DNA from: a virus | Virus record (IMG/VR): IMGVR_UViG_3300045988_079078 | Strand: one strand, 5' to 3' | DNA: 39,895 bases | Shown: piece by piece, positions 21,665-30,811 of the stretch | How the letters are laid out: each line of letters starts with the position of its first letter | Position numbering within the stretch: position 1 is the first letter of the stretch | Program-made: the position numbers and the translations under genes | Notes under the pieces: generated by a model | Seen by the model: only the letters and a program-made list of their open reading frames with translations | Told to the model about the DNA's origin: nothing | Databases searched by the model: none

Positions 21665-22338
21665 TTAGCCGCCCTCTGTTTGGGCGACTTTTTTCTCTGC
21701 TTCTTTCAATCCATGCCGCGCCGCAAAGTCTTTGAAATCCGCCTGCACCTGTTCTGGTGTCCGCGTATCCACTTTGGGCGGGTGAATAATGTCAATATAT
21801 CTCGCTGGCCTGTCCTTTACGCCTGTAACAGCTACCACAAGGCTCCACGCACTGTCTGTCATGTATACCTTGTACATCTGCTCTTCAAAATCAGCTTTTA
21901 AAGCGTAAGGCAGCGCCGACACAAGCGCCTTTGCGCTCAGTTTCGGCATTTTCAGCAGTACAGGGATTACTTGTTCTGCCCGCCACCGAGATACGATTTG
22001 AAAAAATCAACAAAGCCCTTATCGTTCACCAGGACGTAAACTTGCTTGCAGGTGATAAGGAAATTCTGTTTGCCGATTTCTTCCACTGTCAGTCCGTTAA
22101 ACGGTGCAAGGATTGCGTATACATCCTCGCGGTGCTGCTTCAACGCAATGTTCAGCAGCTTAACGATTTTTGCAAGGCCGAAACGCTGCATTGCAATGCG
22201 GGTCGTTTCGCCCTTCGGCATCGCTTTCTGCATCTCTTTCACAAGTGCTTCATCGTCAATAAGGTTTGTGATGGGCTGCGCGATTTGCAAAACGACTTCC
22301 AGCGCTTCATCAGTGCTAAGTTCAGAAAAAATCCGCAT
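21665..22338 (-). CDS. Tail assembly chaperone G-T fusion made by a -1 programmed frameshift
   Basis: The -1 frame is open from the slippery site into ORF 21665-21949. Confidence 0.7.
21967..22338 (-). CDS. Tail assembly chaperone (gpG-like)
   Basis: It lies between the major tail and tape measure genes and contains a slippery heptamer near its 3' end. Confidence 0.75.
   Translation of the reverse strand: MRIFSELSTDEALEVVLQIAQPITNLIDDEALVKEMQKAMPKGETTRIAMQRFGLAKIVKLLNIALKQHREDVYAILAPFNGLTVEEIGKQNFLITCKQVYVLVNDKGFVDFFKSYLGGGQNK
22000..22006 (-). promoter_or_regulatory. -1 ribosomal frameshift heptamer T_TTT_TTC
   Basis: The zero-frame codons are GAT TTT TTC AAA. The site fits the X_XXY_YYZ rule. 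Confidence 0.7.
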
Positions 22339-22931
22339 TAGGCTTCATCCTCTCCTGCTTTGATATACACCTCGCACGGCACAGTGTCCTGCGCGGTGAT
22401 GGAGTAGTGCGCCGTGTATTCGAAGCTCATCTGGCCTTTTTCCTTGTCTCCCGTCTGCAAGCTGAAACCGCCGGTGGACAGCGTATTCAGCATGTGAATG
22501 GCACAGAAACCGCCGTTCGTAGTGCCGTGCTTGTCCGAATAATCGCACAGCAGCCACAAATCGGTAAAGTCGCTGTCTTTCAGGTCGTTGCGTGGCGTGA
22601 TTTTGGAAACCTTGGAAGTGGTCGTAACATCCGCAGCGCCAAGCATGCTCTTGGCATTTTCTGCCGATGCCGAAACATAAGTGCCGCTGCACTTGACTTC
22701 CCACGATTCAATCTGCTTCAGCTCTTTCATGTTCTTGGGGCAGTTGTCGATATCCTCGCCGAAGTCGGTAAAGCTCGGCACAGCCGTAAAGTTGATGCCG
22801 CCGGTCGTAGCGCCCAGCAGCGCACTTTCTTCCGGCGCCGTACCGGCAGCCGGGTCAAACGTAGTTGCAAGATAACCAGCGTTCAAGACCAGTTCCTTAA
22901 ACGCAGATTCAGGAATACGAGTAAATTTCAT
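22338..22931 (-). CDS. Major tail protein
   Basis: It is 197 aa and sits upstream of the chaperones. The sequence is beta-rich. Confidence 0.75.
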   Translation of the reverse strand: MKFTRIPESAFKELVLNAGYLATTFDPAAGTAPEESALLGATTGGINFTAVPSFTDFGEDIDNCPKNMKELKQIESWEVKCSGTYVSASAENAKSMLGAADVTTTSKVSKITPRNDLKDSDFTDLWLLCDYSDKHGTTNGGFCAIHMLNTLSTGGFSLQTGDKEKGQMSFEYTAHYSITAQDTVPCEVYIKAGEDEA

Positions 22932-22940
22932 GCTTTCACC

Positions 22941-23309
22941 TCAATTTAGGCATAAAAATTCGGCGGTAACGTTGATGTACCGCCGTTTTAGGTTTTTGTC
23001 TGTGTCATCTGCCAGCGATTGGCAGAACGGGGAGCCGCGTTTTAACCAAATCAAGCCGCCATCTACCGGCAGCGTCACGCCGCCAATGCCCAGCGCGTCC
23101 GAAAGCTCAAGCGCCTTTGCATTGGGCACCGCTTCGCTCGTGGTATGGAACCACATGTTGACCGTCAGCGATACCGCACCGCCGCCCCATGCGTCAAACA
23201 CAGCATCATAGGTCAAGTAGGGGAGTACAGCGTCATCCGGCACGGCGTTGCTGGCGTATGCGGTCATAAACTGCCCGAAAAACTGCTGTAATGCAGCGCC
23301 CTTTGTCAT
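22941..23309 (-). CDS. Tail terminator / tail completion protein
   Basis: The call rests on position and size (122 aa). The gene has an ATGA overlap with the upstream gene. Confidence 0.55.
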   Translation of the reverse strand: MTKGAALQQFFGQFMTAYASNAVPDDAVLPYLTYDAVFDAWGGGAVSLTVNMWFHTTSEAVPNAKALELSDALGIGGVTLPVDGGLIWLKRGSPFCQSLADDTDKNLKRRYINVTAEFLCLN

Positions 23310-23671
23310 GTCAGCAATCCCTCCCGTAATCGTTCAGCCGTAAAACTTTTTAGGTTTTGCAGCATCGGGGAAGCGCTTGCCGGGGCTCGCTTTTCTTCCG
23401 GGCGGCTCGTGACCCGGAAATATGCCCCGGTCGTCACATCCTTGTACACGCTGCCGTACTCGATGGGCACATCTTTCCGCACAATGCCGGTATACACGCT
23501 GGTCACACCCTGCGCTTCGGCCTGCCGTGCTTCAAGGCTGCTGTCAAATGCGACGTAATTTGAAAACTCTGCGCCCTCGCGCCACTCGGTAGAATAGCCG
23601 CCCTCGCCGTCAGGCTTTGTCAGTTTGTCCATAATGATGCAGCTGCGCGAAAAATCATCTAAAAGGCTCAT
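23306..23671 (-). CDS. Head-tail adaptor / head closure protein
   Basis: The call rests on position. ATG 23671 forms an ATGA overlap with the upstream stop. Confidence 0.5.
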   Translation of the reverse strand: MSLLDDFSRSCIIMDKLTKPDGEGGYSTEWREGAEFSNYVAFDSSLEARQAEAQGVTSVYTGIVRKDVPIEYGSVYKDVTTGAYFRVTSRPEEKRAPASASPMLQNLKSFTAERLREGLLT

Positions 23672-24093
23672 AGCTTTCTCCATTTGTTTAGCCGGGACGC
23701 AAACACGCCCTGCCAGCCCGTCACAGAGCCGCCGGAGCTGCCGTTTGCGCTCGATTTGGTGTAACTATACCCCGCAAAACTCTCGCTTTGAAATGGGCTG
23801 TTTGCGGCGCTCTCATACTTGTTGCGCCATGCTTCCACATCCTCAACCAGAGAAATAAAGGCAGCGGGCACAGCAAGCGCCCACACAGCGCCGTCAAACG
23901 TTTCATCGGACAAGCCGCCAGCACCGTACTGGTACACGCCATCGTTGAACACGCTCCCGATAATGCGGAAATATTGCCCCTCAACTAAAAAAGGCAGCGT
24001 AATGCTGCCGTCCTTGATGGTAAATGTGCCGCTGTACGCGCCATCCGGAACCTTAAACCAGTTCCGGCATTCTCGCATCAATTCTTCAAGCAT
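23668..24093 (-). CDS. Head-tail connector protein
   Basis: It sits directly after the major capsid gene and is 141 aa. Confidence 0.5.
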   Translation of the reverse strand: MLEELMRECRNWFKVPDGAYSGTFTIKDGSITLPFLVEGQYFRIIGSVFNDGVYQYGAGGLSDETFDGAVWALAVPAAFISLVEDVEAWRNKYESAANSPFQSESFAGYSYTKSSANGSSGGSVTGWQGVFASRLNKWRKL

Positions 24094-24108
24094 TACGCTG
24101 CCCCCTTA

Positions 24109-25107
24109 TTACTTTTTGAACTTTGCCAGCACGACTTTGGCTTCGTTGGTCAGAGCCGCAACGTAAAACTCGTCAGCGGTGATCTCGGTGGAACGGTTAC
24201 GCGGCTTGCGCTCGGTCTCCACGTTGATATTGCGCTTGCGGTAGATGGTCAGAGCGGGGACATCGTCCTCAGTCTCGCTGTCCTCGTTCAGCTTGACGAT
24301 GGGGCAAGCGTAATAGGCGGTAGCAGCAGCCTTGACCTTATCGCCGACAACCAGTGCAGCAGCGCAATGCGGCTGGATGGTCGCCAGATGCTTTTTGGTG
24401 GAGGTTTCGGCGGTAGTATCAGCGACAATCTCAATGGTGCCGGTGCTGTTGTCCTTCTCATACTCGATAGAAGGAACCTTGCGGGATGCGACAACGCGGG
24501 TGTTGGCGATCTTGCCAATTTCGCCGGTGACAGCAACGCCAGCCTGATACTTGTCAGCGCTGATAAAGTCAGCATCCTTGCGCAGGGTAGCCATCTGCTT
24601 GGGGTTGATGAACATGACCTTGTCGCTGTTGATCTCCTCGTTGAACACGTCGATAGCATCCACAACGCCGCTGTACTTGATAGCGGCAGCAGTGCCGTCA
24701 TACACCAGCGTAGCGCCCTGCAAGGCTTCCATGCAGTCATTGTCGATTTTAGCAGCGATAGACAGCGCCAGCTGCGCATTGGCTTCGCCAACAGGGTTGC
24801 CGTAGCCGGACAGCACAGCTTCATCGGTCAGGCCAACGCCCTTCATGGCCTTCTTGATTTTGTACTTCTTGTCCTTGGTGCTCATCTTGTCGATGTCAAC
24901 GTCAACGCCCTCTGCAACGTCTTCGGCGTCGCCAATGTAACCGTAAGACGGCACGGTAATGGTATCGCCGGGCACGCCGGCAAGGGTGTCATCCATTTTT
25001 GCAAAAGGTGCCACGCGGATTTTGTCAGGGATTTTAGCCGAAATCATATCGGCCATGACTTCCGGGTCGATCAGGTCTGCAAGCTTGGTCAAAATAGTAT
25101 CTGCCAT
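24109..25107 (-). CDS. Major capsid protein (HK97-fold type)
   Basis: It is 332 aa and follows the scaffold gene. Its composition suggests strong expression. Confidence 0.8.
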   Translation of the reverse strand: MADTILTKLADLIDPEVMADMISAKIPDKIRVAPFAKMDDTLAGVPGDTITVPSYGYIGDAEDVAEGVDVDIDKMSTKDKKYKIKKAMKGVGLTDEAVLSGYGNPVGEANAQLALSIAAKIDNDCMEALQGATLVYDGTAAAIKYSGVVDAIDVFNEEINSDKVMFINPKQMATLRKDADFISADKYQAGVAVTGEIGKIANTRVVASRKVPSIEYEKDNSTGTIEIVADTTAETSTKKHLATIQPHCAAALVVGDKVKAAATAYYACPIVKLNEDSETEDDVPALTIYRKRNINVETERKPRNRSTEITADEFYVAALTNEAKVVLAKFKK

Positions 25108-25110
25108 GTG

Positions 25111-25734
25111 TTAATCTCCTTTGCTGTTTGCAAGCTCGGCATACTGTTCCGGGCTTTCTTTCTTGAGTTTCAGTCGGTCGGCATAGCCCATCTTTTTAAA
25201 GGCTTCTGCCGTGATGGAACCACTGCCGCCGTTTCCGGCAGGTGGGTTCGGCGTGTTCGCGCCCTGAGTGCTGGTAGTTACAACAAATTCGCCGTAACCG
25301 TCTTTCAAACTGGTTTCAAACTTTGCGGCGTCTTTCGCCGCGCCGTTTTCGTCCAGCTCCAAAGCATCCAGAAAACCATCTGCCTTTGCCATCTTGGCAA
25401 CAGTGGCAATTCGCTTGTCGGCAATGCCGATTTTCTTTAGGGCGGTCTCCAATGCCTTTTCTTTGGCAGCAGTAGTCTTTTCGGCGGCCACGCTGGTTTT
25501 GTAATCCTCAAAAGCCTTGTGCTCGGATTCATACTTCTCTTTGTAACCGTCATCGCCCTTGCCTTTCAGGTCGTCCAGTTCCTTTTGAACGCCGGGAAGT
25601 TTTTCCGCATCGGCTTTATAGCGGTCAACGTCCGCTTTCAAACCGTTTACGGTGTCAGTGTGGGCTTCAATAATAGTGTCCTGCTGCTCTTCGGTCAGCC
25701 CCATACCTTTAAGCAGCTTGCGAGTAATAGCCAA
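25111..25734 (-). CDS. Scaffolding protein
   Basis: It is helical, charged and coiled-coil (KADVDRYKADAEKLPGVQKELDDLKGK...). It lies immediately upstream of the capsid gene. Confidence 0.75.
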   Translation of the reverse strand: MAITRKLLKGMGLTEEQQDTIIEAHTDTVNGLKADVDRYKADAEKLPGVQKELDDLKGKGDDGYKEKYESEHKAFEDYKTSVAAEKTTAAKEKALETALKKIGIADKRIATVAKMAKADGFLDALELDENGAAKDAAKFETSLKDGYGEFVVTTSTQGANTPNPPAGNGGSGSITAEAFKKMGYADRLKLKKESPEQYAELANSKGD

Positions 25735-25811
25735 TGTTTCCGCTCCTTTTCTTCGGTGTCAGTTCTTCGACATTCGCGTTTATATAAAAACAGCGGTTCT
25801 TTGCTGTTTTT

Positions 25812-25856
25812 GCGTATAAAAATAGCAACCGCCGATAAAATCTCGGTAGTTGCTAT
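25812..25856 (-). terminator. Strong intrinsic terminator 13 nt after the lipoprotein gene; a second, weaker hairpin lies at 25786-25811
   Basis: The minus-strand RNA reads ATAGCAAC-TACCGA-GATTTTA-TCGGCG-GTTGCTAT followed by TTTTTATAC. Confidence 0.7.
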
Positions 25857-25869
25857 GTAACCTTGCCTT

Positions 25870-26253
25870 TTACGGTTTCACTTCAACGCTGGGCAACACA
25901 TTTGTGTGGAAATACAGCTTGTAATGATACGGATCTGTGTGTGTTCCTGTAATATCCTCGACAACATACATTGTGTAGCTGTTTAGGTAGATGTAATTTT
26001 TCCTGTAAGTATCAGGGCCAACCTTTACAGTGCAGACAAGCTCATTGCTGGAATTGTTGGAGATAGACATATACCCCTCGGCTTCCATAATGACCTTGTC
26101 TGTTCTGGCGTTGTATACGGTGATTTTTCGTTCACTCTCAAAGTAATCGGCCTGTTTAGAAATATTGGAGTTTGCTCTAGCGGCTTCGGAGCAGCCGCAC
26201 AAAAGCAAAGCTGAGGCCATAACTGCGATTGCGATATAAAGAATCTTTTTCAT
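25870..26253 (-). CDS. Lipoprotein (127 aa), a low-GC insert in the head module
   Basis: The RBS GGGAGGAAAG lies before ATG 26253. The signal peptide plus lipobox is MKKILYIAIAVMASALLLCGC|SE. Confidence 0.7.
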   Translation of the reverse strand: MKKILYIAIAVMASALLLCGCSEAARANSNISKQADYFESERKITVYNARTDKVIMEAEGYMSISNNSSNELVCTVKVGPDTYRKNYIYLNSYTMYVVEDITGTHTDPYHYKLYFHTNVLPSVEVKP

Positions 26254-26287
26254 GTGCTTTCCTCCCAATAAAAAGAGCCGGAAAACG

Positions 26288-26788
26288 TCAATCGTTTTTC
26301 AGCTCTCGCTTAATAATTTTTTGGTACTGTTCTGCATGGTTAGCGACAGCAGGCTTGATAAATGGTTTTGCCGGTTGCCCGTTTGTGTAGTACGCCTCAA
26401 CAGGCGGTTTCTGGTTGCGCAGCATAGCAACAATACGTTTTGCTTCTTCCAGCGTGTACCGCTTGCCGGGATGCTTGCTTTTATTGCTTGTTCCGCCAAC
26501 AACATACACCCAGTATCCGCTTGTGTGCGCTGGCCCATATACGCCGGTTCCCATTTCAATGAAGCTGGCATAATACACCGGGCTGCCAACGTACACTGCC
26601 TTTTCTTCCATGTTTACTGTGTGCGTGATACTGTTTCGCAAATAACCTGTGCCCTTTTTACCTGGGCTGTTTACAAGCTTTTTGGCATAGCCCTCTGCTA
26701 CCAACCCGCACTTTTCAAGCGCCCGCTGGCACGCCGCTTCAAGCTCTTTGTAAACTTCAGCGCTGTGGTCGTCAAAGATGATTTTCAT
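26288..26788 (-). CDS. HK97 gp10-family phage protein
   Basis: It has GYLRNSITH, VYYASFIEMGTG and AKPFIKPA motifs (recalled family). Confidence 0.55.
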   Translation of the reverse strand: MKIIFDDHSAEVYKELEAACQRALEKCGLVAEGYAKKLVNSPGKKGTGYLRNSITHTVNMEEKAVYVGSPVYYASFIEMGTGVYGPAHTSGYWVYVVGGTSNKSKHPGKRYTLEEAKRIVAMLRNQKPPVEAYYTNGQPAKPFIKPAVANHAEQYQKIIKRELKND

Positions 26789-27813
26789 TTTTCAATCTTT
26801 CCAGCGTTTTGCGTAGCTCCTTCCTTCCAGCTTTCCCACTGCGCATAGGTCATATCCGATACAAGTATGCTCTTTCCCGTTTCCGGGTCGCGTGCACGGC
26901 GCAGTGGGTTCGGGGTTTTTGGCACATCGTCAAGCGCTGCAATTAGAGTACATCGGCAGTTATACACCAAATAGCCCGGTGCGCTTGCATCGCCGGGAAA
27001 CATAATCTCATAGCCGTCTACTTTAAACGGCTTGTCATTGTCAACTGTCTGACCATCCAGCATCGCGTGCGCGTGTCTGGTGCGGTTGTCCAGCGTTGCA
27101 AGCCATTGCTTTTTCAGCTTTATGCCCATGTCTTGTGCGGCGCGGTAAGTATCTAGCCTTCCCGCGTTCTGCGCTGCTGTAACCGCCGTTCTAGCGGTTC
27201 GGATAGCGCTTGTGCGGTTCATATCCTGCATACGGCTTTGTAAATCGTTGGCGATTTTCGGTATGCTTTTGCCTTGCAGGATGGAGCTTGTCACGCTGGC
27301 GGTAATCTGTTGCTTGCCGTATTTCATGTCAATTCCGCGCCGCAATGCCCGCTTTGGCGGGTAGTACGGCATCAAGTCTGGCTGTTCAACAATCAGACGT
27401 TTAACGGTCTGCTCATCCCACAGCGTAAAATCTGCTTTGTCGGAAACCTGCTCGATTTTGTAAGCGGCATAATTGCGATTCAAGCTGTAAATGCCCGGCG
27501 TGGCGTCATTGACATAGGCCACAGCCGTTGCATTAGCATCGGTGTACCTTTCTGCCACTTTATCGCGCAGGGCTTCAAAACGCTTTCCGCGCCCTATCTG
27601 CGCAAGCCGCCACTGCTTGTATTGCTGCTCTGTGATTTCGCCTGCATCGAGCTTTTCTTTCATGGCTGCATCACGCTTCTCGAATTGCTCAAAATAGGCT
27701 TTCACCGTGTCGGTCAGTTCGTCAGCAGCTTCTTTGTACAGCTTTGCGATGCGCTGTTCCAGCTTTGCAAGCTCCTTGTCGGTCAGTTTGTGGGCGTAAT
27801 CAGGTTTCGCCAT
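26785..27813 (-). CDS. Minor head / head morphogenesis protein (SPP1 gp7 / Mu F-like)
   Basis: It follows the portal gene and carries the LVYNCRCTLIA motif. Confidence 0.75.
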   Translation of the reverse strand: MAKPDYAHKLTDKELAKLEQRIAKLYKEAADELTDTVKAYFEQFEKRDAAMKEKLDAGEITEQQYKQWRLAQIGRGKRFEALRDKVAERYTDANATAVAYVNDATPGIYSLNRNYAAYKIEQVSDKADFTLWDEQTVKRLIVEQPDLMPYYPPKRALRRGIDMKYGKQQITASVTSSILQGKSIPKIANDLQSRMQDMNRTSAIRTARTAVTAAQNAGRLDTYRAAQDMGIKLKKQWLATLDNRTRHAHAMLDGQTVDNDKPFKVDGYEIMFPGDASAPGYLVYNCRCTLIAALDDVPKTPNPLRRARDPETGKSILVSDMTYAQWESWKEGATQNAGKIEK

Positions 27814-29203
27814 TGCCGTTCAGTCCTTCTCCCGGCTGGTTCTGCGGCTCATTAGGCTGCGGATTGTTATTCCTACGGTCAAGTTCCTCTGCCGCCTTTC
27901 GCTTCAAAAGCTCTTTTACTTCTTCAGGCGTCAGCCACGGCAGGTGGTTAAGCACGGCCTCGTCGTCAAGATACTCTGCCGCCGTCATAACCATCTGCGT
28001 CTCTTCAGTCTGGTTTGCAATGCGGTTCCACTTGAAAGACGGTTCATCTTCTACGCCAACGATTTTTAGCAGGTTTGCAATGAAGCCGCGGATGCAATAC
28101 TCAAAATCGCCGCATTTATCGTCCTGCTGCTGGTACGACAGTCGAATTGCTGTGGCCGTCATGTTGCCAGATAGTGCCTTTGCAGGATTCATAAGCATTG
28201 AGTTCTCGTACATATCATCTTTCAAGTAGTCAAGCAGCATTTTGTTGGCATCAACGGGCACCGCAAGAGTGTTTGCCTGCGCATCTACCCCGCGATCAAG
28301 AACAACAGCGTGCAGCTGCTTCATTCGATTGACAAAATTCACCAAATCAGCATCTTCCATGCCGCCGGTGCCTTTCAGCACCCAGTAAAAAGCGCTTGTT
28401 TCGTCAACGTTATTTGCCATACCCGACATGATAAAGTCATAGCAATCAATGCTTGGGCGGATACCAATTAGCTCCGATTCCTGCAAATCGTTGGCATACA
28501 TGGGGATAATCGGAAAACCCGGATAATTCTCACCTATAACATCAACGATGCCGTCTGCTTCTGTTCGCTTGATTTGTCGCTTGTATGGATGCTTTTCCTG
28601 CAAAACCATCATTTTCTCTTTATCGCGCTGGATGTACTCTGTCAAACCGTCTGGCTCGTACAGCGTCCAGCGCTTTGTGCCATCCTCAAAACTCCAATAC
28701 CGCACACCTGCCCGCAGCGCTCGTGTATCCTGGTCATACAGCGGGGCAAATCCTGGGCTGTTTGGAGTGTCTGCAAAGCTAAATACTTCCAGATGGTCAT
28801 AATTCCAGAAGCCAAAAGCAACGCCGTCAACACAAGCCTTTTTTGCTAAATCTTGCAATCTGTTGTCAAACTGCGTCCCCAACTTATCCTTTGTATCGGT
28901 TTTCCCAAACGTCACGCCATTGGAAAGCACATATTGCACCTGCTGCAACACAAACTGCCGAAAAAATCCGTGTGTCAGCTTGTAATTACTCGACCACACA
29001 TCTTTTACCGCTTCACCAGTTGCCGTGCGCAGCATTTTTTGATAGTTCAGAATCGTAATGTTGCGTTTTGCGTAATATGCTTCTGCATCCCGTGCTACTC
29101 TGTATCTTTCACAGCCCTTGTGCTCTTGTACAAGCTCTTTCACAAATTCCTGGCGGGCACTTTCATCGTTTTGAAGTTTTTCTAAATTTTGGTATACCTT
29201 CAT
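27800..29203 (-). CDS. Portal protein
   Basis: It is 467 aa, lies directly after TerL and has an acidic C-terminus. Confidence 0.85.
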   Translation of the reverse strand: MKVYQNLEKLQNDESARQEFVKELVQEHKGCERYRVARDAEAYYAKRNITILNYQKMLRTATGEAVKDVWSSNYKLTHGFFRQFVLQQVQYVLSNGVTFGKTDTKDKLGTQFDNRLQDLAKKACVDGVAFGFWNYDHLEVFSFADTPNSPGFAPLYDQDTRALRAGVRYWSFEDGTKRWTLYEPDGLTEYIQRDKEKMMVLQEKHPYKRQIKRTEADGIVDVIGENYPGFPIIPMYANDLQESELIGIRPSIDCYDFIMSGMANNVDETSAFYWVLKGTGGMEDADLVNFVNRMKQLHAVVLDRGVDAQANTLAVPVDANKMLLDYLKDDMYENSMLMNPAKALSGNMTATAIRLSYQQQDDKCGDFEYCIRGFIANLLKIVGVEDEPSFKWNRIANQTEETQMVMTAAEYLDDEAVLNHLPWLTPEEVKELLKRKAAEELDRRNNNPQPNEPQNQPGEGLNGNGET

Positions 29204-29213
29204 ACTCGCCCCT

Positions 29214-30437
29214 TTAAATCAGCCAATTTACTGTTTGTGTTGCAGATTTTCTCCAAATTCCTGCCGTCTGAATAACGTACCTCAAAGCATCCATAGCATG
29301 ATCATTTTCTTTGATAACTTTATCTTCCGGGGCGGTTTCGTCCCAGCGGTAAAGCCCAAATTCCTGTATCGTGCGCTTGCAACAGTCGTTTACCAGTAAC
29401 TTTTTATCCGCAATACACTGCGCCACATGCTGGATTCCCTCAATAACGGTATTGTCAGCATCCCAAATTTTGAATTTATGTTCTTTTTCAACCAGAGCAA
29501 TAAAAGAAGCAGCAGACGGGTCAACGATTAATCGTTTAATCGTCAAATCTCCCGCCAGTTGCTTTAAATCCACGTAATATTCAGCGTCAGTTTTTTGCTG
29601 ATTCGTTTCTCTTCCGCTGTGGTAGAACTCTTTTACAACGTACCAAACGCCGTCACAATGCCCAACTAACAACATTGCAGTAGGGTTCAAAATGCCGTAG
29701 TCCATGCCGATATAGTAAGTATCATATTTTCTCTGCACTGTTGGTACAACGTTATCAAACATCGGGTACACAAGGCCATCTGCAACAACCCACAAGCCGC
29801 GAATATAGCGGTCGTAAAACACGCCGCTATACATATTTTTGTACCGTTCAAGCGTCTTTTGGCTCAGGCTTGGATTGTCCGTCATTGCAAACTGCAAATA
29901 CAACGCATTTCTCTCATCCCGGCGCATAATCCAATTTTTGTAGAACCAATGTTGCGGACTGCCTGGGTTGCAACTAAACCATATTTTCGCGCCGTCAACA
30001 CTGCATCGGGCAAGAGCCTGGTTTACAAAAGATTCCGGCATCAACGCCACTTCGTCCAGCAACACGCCAGCCAATGTGCGTCCTTGAATCAGCATAAAAG
30101 AGGATTCATCTTTGCCGCCGAAAACCTCAAAATAGTTGCGTTTGCCGTCTTTGCTGATAACTTCAAGCACCTTGTCGGCACGTCTCCATTTGAGCGTATA
30201 TATCTCTTTTGCAAGAGTCATGGAAATAAACGGCACAATAATATTTTTTTGTGCGCTATCAACGGTTTTACCACAAATCCCAAACCGTTGATTGTCAAAA
30301 CGCTCCATTGCCCATTTTACGAACGCCCACGTCTCGATAGACGTTTTGCCAGAGCGAACAGCCCCATCACAAATTATTGCGTCATAATTACTATATGGGA
30401 ACGCAAGTATCTTTTTTTGCTTATCACTGATCGCCAT
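29214..30437 (-). CDS. terL: Terminase large subunit
   Basis: Walker A is DGAVRSGKT. The protein is 407 aa and overlaps TerS. Confidence 0.9.
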   Translation of the reverse strand: MAISDKQKKILAFPYSNYDAIICDGAVRSGKTSIETWAFVKWAMERFDNQRFGICGKTVDSAQKNIIVPFISMTLAKEIYTLKWRRADKVLEVISKDGKRNYFEVFGGKDESSFMLIQGRTLAGVLLDEVALMPESFVNQALARCSVDGAKIWFSCNPGSPQHWFYKNWIMRRDERNALYLQFAMTDNPSLSQKTLERYKNMYSGVFYDRYIRGLWVVADGLVYPMFDNVVPTVQRKYDTYYIGMDYGILNPTAMLLVGHCDGVWYVVKEFYHSGRETNQQKTDAEYYVDLKQLAGDLTIKRLIVDPSAASFIALVEKEHKFKIWDADNTVIEGIQHVAQCIADKKLLVNDCCKRTIQEFGLYRWDETAPEDKVIKENDHAMDALRYVIQTAGIWRKSATQTVNWLI

Positions 30438-30807
30438 CGCTCTTTAACGACCTCGCCAGTTCTCTTAGGCTTGCGCTCAGCCCATCATCTTGCACTGCTC
30501 CCTCTGCGATTGTAGTCTCCACTTGATCTTTCTGCCCCAGATACTGCTTGCCTAGCCAAATTGCCATATTTGCGTTCTTTTCAGCAAGCCTCCACTGGTG
30601 CCTGCGCAGCGATATTTTCCCCGTGCTGCGCTTTTCCTTGAATACCTCGGAAAAAGTTTTGTTATATGTCTTTTTGCACCATGAATTAAGTGTTTTATCC
30701 GTTATGCCGAACCAACCACAGATTTCTTCAAGGGTGCATTGCAATCCGCATAGGCTTTCAAACTGTTTTTGGTCTATGTTCTTTTTGGGTCTACCTGTGC
30801 GAGCCAT
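30424..30807 (-). CDS. terS: Terminase small subunit
   Basis: The N-terminal HTH-like region is MARTGRPKKNIDQKQFESLCGLQCTLEEICGWFGITDKTLNSW. The call is supported by position. Confidence 0.75.
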   Translation of the reverse strand: MARTGRPKKNIDQKQFESLCGLQCTLEEICGWFGITDKTLNSWCKKTYNKTFSEVFKEKRSTGKISLRRHQWRLAEKNANMAIWLGKQYLGQKDQVETTIAEGAVQDDGLSASLRELARSLKSDGDQ

Positions 30808-30811
30808 TCTC

